Source: Squalus acanthias (Eukaryota). Taken from it: 64,000 bases of DNA. The stretch covers positions 102,550,001-102,614,000 of the forward strand of contig CM059432.1 of assembly GCA_030390025.1 (NCBI GenBank). Direction: 5' to 3'. The notes beneath the pieces are model-generated. The model did not search any database. It saw only the letters and a program-made list of their open reading frames with translations, and had not been told where the DNA came from. Of this stretch, positions 60,396 to 64,000 are shown in pieces. The translations under genes and the position numbers were made by a program. Position 1 is the first letter of the stretch. The number at the start of each line of letters is the position of its first letter.

Positions 60396-61731
60396 GGGGG
60401 AAAAATTCATCCCCTTAGCTCCTCCCGTTAGTGCCAGTAGATGGCGCCAATGGGGCACTAGACCAGTAGGGCCGGTGCGAGGTGCATCCAGCACCGCACA
60501 CCAAATCCAGCCCCCCCGTAGCACCGCCGTAAGAAGTATCGCCAGGAACGTCAACGCTCACTGAACGCCCGATTTGCAAAATTGATTCTCGACACTTAAC
60601 TCACTGCCTGGAGTAAACACCGACAGGGAGAGCTGGCGTACAGCACCAGGAAGCCGGCTCCAGGGATGTTATTTAAAGGGATCATCAGTAATCACTCGCA
60701 GCTATCAGGTTAGTGCAGTTTCAATGTTTTTTTGTTAGTTTCACCTACTGCAACATTTTCATTCAGTAATTTCAAGGTTCTTTTGTATCAGGAGTCTTCT
60801 GGCAACTAAAAAGTAGCTACATTTATTCTTCAAAGATTTAAACTGCTACACTTGGTAACATTACTGGGGGCTGTACTGGCACCTCCCCCTCCAGGATCTA
60901 TGGCGGAGGCAGCCAGAAATACAGGAACATGTGTGCAGAGGGATGAGGAGGGATATCAGGGCTCTCACCAGGAGGCCACCGAGGGTATTCCGAGAGCACT
61001 TCTCCTACCTTCAATTAAGTGAGGAGCAGTGTATTAGACGGCTCTGCTTTACCAAGGTGGTGGTCATAGAACTCTGCCACCTCCTCCAAACAGACCTCTA
61101 GTCTCACACCAGGATGACTTAAACCCCAGATCTCTTTTGCTCACCACATTCCCATCATACCATCCCTGTGTCATGCCATATCACAGCATCCTCCTGGGTG
61201 AAAAGGTGAAATGAGAGAGACCACAAAATATTGCAAACTCCATTAATAAATTATGCATAAACATATCACACATATCACAATCATTCTAATAACTAATGAC
61301 CCTTGTGCCTGCCATAGTTGAATAGCTTTCATTGTGTGCAAGGTGTGAGATGTGGGTGTGAGTGTTGGTAGGTAGCGATTGTTGATGTGTGAGCACTGGG
61401 GGTGTGGTACTTTGGGCAGTGTGTGAAGTTTGTGGTACAGATGGTGGTATGTAGCATTTGTTGAAGCATTCAATCACCCTGACCACCTGACTGAGGTGGA
61501 TCTGCCATGAGCACACCTGCTTCAGTCCTCTGGCTCCATCTCCTTGTTCTGCTTCTCCTTGCTGAGGCAGCTGCACAGCCAGCTAGGCCTTTAAGACTTG
61601 AATTAGCTCCAATCATTTTTTGAGCAGTGAGAATGAATTTTGCGTGCAGTCTGAATCATTAGTGCCTGGCGCTAATTCTCAAACTTTTCTAAAGATACTG
61701 CCATTCCTGGGCTAGAAAGAATTTCTAGCCC
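60396..61731. mobile_element. Internally deleted Harbinger element
   Basis: Termini GGGGGAAAAATTC / GAATTTCTAGCCC. Transposase N-terminal remnant on the plus strand at about 60860-61110 (RVFREHFSYLQLSEEQCIRRL). Myb intron remnant on the minus strand. Confidence 0.72.
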
Positions 61732-61955
61732 ATGGTTTTTAATTTTTCAATTGACCTAGCCTCAACAGCTTTTTGGGTAAGAATTACCTCCTGACATCAC
61801 TTTTGAACAGCCTAGTTCATATTTGTCCAATAGCTCAGTCACGCTGTCCCTAATAACATATTCTAGTAACTTCCTCACAACAAACATTAGACTGGTTTTA
61901 CAACATCAGGACATAATACCTGTAGTTAATTGAAACGCATCGCCCTCCAGAATAT

Positions 61956-64000
61956 GGGCCTAGAAATTGGTCTACTAACTGCCACCCGTTTGTGCCGCTA
62001 TCCTAGTGCCCTTCTCTGGCACGGGACTCAGCAGCCGCCATTTTGGTCAGGGCCTTAGCGAACAGCGCTGGCTCTGGAGAAGTAAATGAAGAGAGTGTGA
62101 CATCAGTTGCTGTGCAACACCGACTTGATGCCATGTCTGCGAACTTCGGCCTTAGCGCTAAGTTTAGCGCTGGGTCCTAAGCTTGCTCTGAAAAGCTAGT
62201 GTTCAGCAGACTGACAGAGACGCTGTCAGCACTTCTTGAAGGGACTCACACATCTGTCAGGTAAGATTGCATTTAAGCTTTTGGACTGGATTTTTTTGAT
62301 GTTATTGAATTAGTGGCTTGCTGCAATACATGGTAAAAGTTTTTGAAGTGTGCAGGGAGTGCATGGAGTACTGCTGGACACTCACAGGACCTCGGATGGC
62401 AAAGAAAGGCCTCTGAGAAGACAGAAAATGCTGGAAATATGTGTATTTATAGTAGCATCTGTGGAGAGGGAAAGAGAGTTCACATCGCAGGTTGAGATGC
62501 TGCCTGACCTGCTAAGTATTTCCAGCATTTTATGCTTTTATTTCAGATTAACAGCATTCACTCGCAGAGGGAAGAGGAAGACGCAGAAGTGGAGGAAGCA
62601 GAAGGAAGGATGCAACCCAGACAGCCCATTTCTAGCCAGGATATCCAGGATGGAATCATCCGCCTGCAGTACCAGTGACAACAACCCCAACTCTGCTTTC
62701 AACATTTGCCCCACACCTTACCTTCCCTCTGTTACTGACCATCACAGTGTCCTCTTGGCCACAATACTGAAATAAAAGCCACCACAAAGCAAACTTTCCA
62801 ATCCAACATTATACATCTATCCATCCAATATGACATCAAGAAATCAACTCATCACCCTTGTGCATTCCCTTAGTGATTGTCTTGTGTGTGCCTTTGCCTG
62901 TCCTACTGATTTCACACAGTGCTTCCCCAGTGGCTGCAGCATGGCTGGTGGAAGGCTGCTGACTTTCAGTGGGGGACACAGCAGATGGCCTTGCAGGATG
63001 ACCTCAAAGAGCAGTGGCTAGGAGTGTGAAATCGAGTGATGGTGTTTCTTCTACTTCTTCTTCTTCACTCTCCTCTCCTTCTTCTTGGATAACCATTGGC
63101 TGGGCCGGCTGGATTTCTTGGGTGTGTGAAATGAGGAAGGCACAAGGGTGAAGTTGTGGTGAGGGGAGGGCAAGAAAGCAAGAGCTGCATGCTTACACCA
63201 TGCACACCTTGTAACTCGGAAGATATTGTGGGATGAGAGGGAAGTGGGATGTAAGAAGGAGGATAACATATGAGGATACCAGCATCTTTCAGCCCTGCTG
63301 CTGGCCAAGGGTTCAGCCATGCACCTGCCAAGAGTGGCCAGCACTGTTTCCCCCAAGGGTGTGAGATGAAGCGAGGAATGGGTGGTGTGCCTCATGTTTG
63401 GTACAGATTGTTGGTAGGTGAGTAATGGGGTGGGGTTGTGCAATGAGCGGTGTGTGAGGCTAGTGGTGCAGTTGGTAGGAGACGGCTTTTGAAGATACAT
63501 TCACTTACCTTGACCAATGGCCTGAGGTTATGAAGCCTCTTTGGGCACTGGAGCCATGTTGTGGGGGCAACGCTGCTGGCAGTGATGGCCTCGGTGATCT
63601 GGTCTCACATCATTCTTTCTGGAGAGCCTCCTGGACCCTGTGGGTAGAGGACCTTTCTTGCAGTGTTAACTCCCTGCACAAAGCTGGAGTGCTGCATGCG
63701 AGACCCTGGGAGCCCCTTCCCTAGCTTGCTGAGCCATTTGTGTTAGTGCTGAAGCACTTTTACAATTTTTTTAGGCGCAGAAGGCAGTTCATCTTTAAGA
63801 GCTGACGACTACCATTTAGGAATTATTTTTAATTTTTTTTTCAGAAGGCAGTTGAGCTGTAAGAGCTAAAAACTGCCTATTTAGAAATGATTTTTTTTTT
63901 CATTTTTGAAGGCAGTTCCCCTTTAAGGGACTGACACTGCTTTCTAAAATGACAGCCTTGCATTAAGACAACGCTGCTCTTGCTTCAGGGACGCTACGGC
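61956..64000. mobile_element. Non-autonomous Harbinger derivative (runs off the window end), sister of 10815-12795
   Basis: Left terminus GGGCCTAGAAATTG. Colinear with 10815-12600. Myb exon remnants on the minus strand. Confidence 0.78.
62418..62548. repeat. Inverted pair of Penelope-like repeat fragments
   Basis: AAAATGCTGGAAATA ... TATTTCCAGCATTTT. Both arms match the 39415-39558 insert. Absent from the sister element near 11000. Confidence 0.55.

Overview
Eukaryotic DNA, almost certainly vertebrate. The repeat repertoire fits a cartilaginous fish, but that is an inference. Most of the window is nested transposable elements and no host protein-coding gene can be called with confidence. Contents: many CR1 LINE pieces, one nearly intact; one complete but decayed Ty3/gypsy element (218-bp LTRs, 5-bp TSD); solo LTRs of at least three families with 4-bp TSDs; a large PIF/Harbinger family (one copy with a transposase broken by a single stop, several Myb/SANT-gene-carrying derivatives, many 3-bp-TSD MITEs); a hAT-type MITE; and a 144-bp insert with a minimal hammerhead-ribozyme motif. 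The most striking object is at 49539-52798 (minus strand). It is an APE-RT LINE with no ORF1, whose 5' end is a tRNA-like Pol III A/B-box head and whose sense strand is almost free of TTTT terminators. Its ORF has no usable AUG, and an internally deleted SINE version sits at 2829-3140. This is a candidate Pol III-transcribed autonomous LINE and its derived SINE. Second: the gypsy element has no tRNA primer-binding site and instead has a 12-nt sequence complementary to its own LTR (possible self-priming). All coordinates and counts were read by eye; boundaries without a TSD are approximate.
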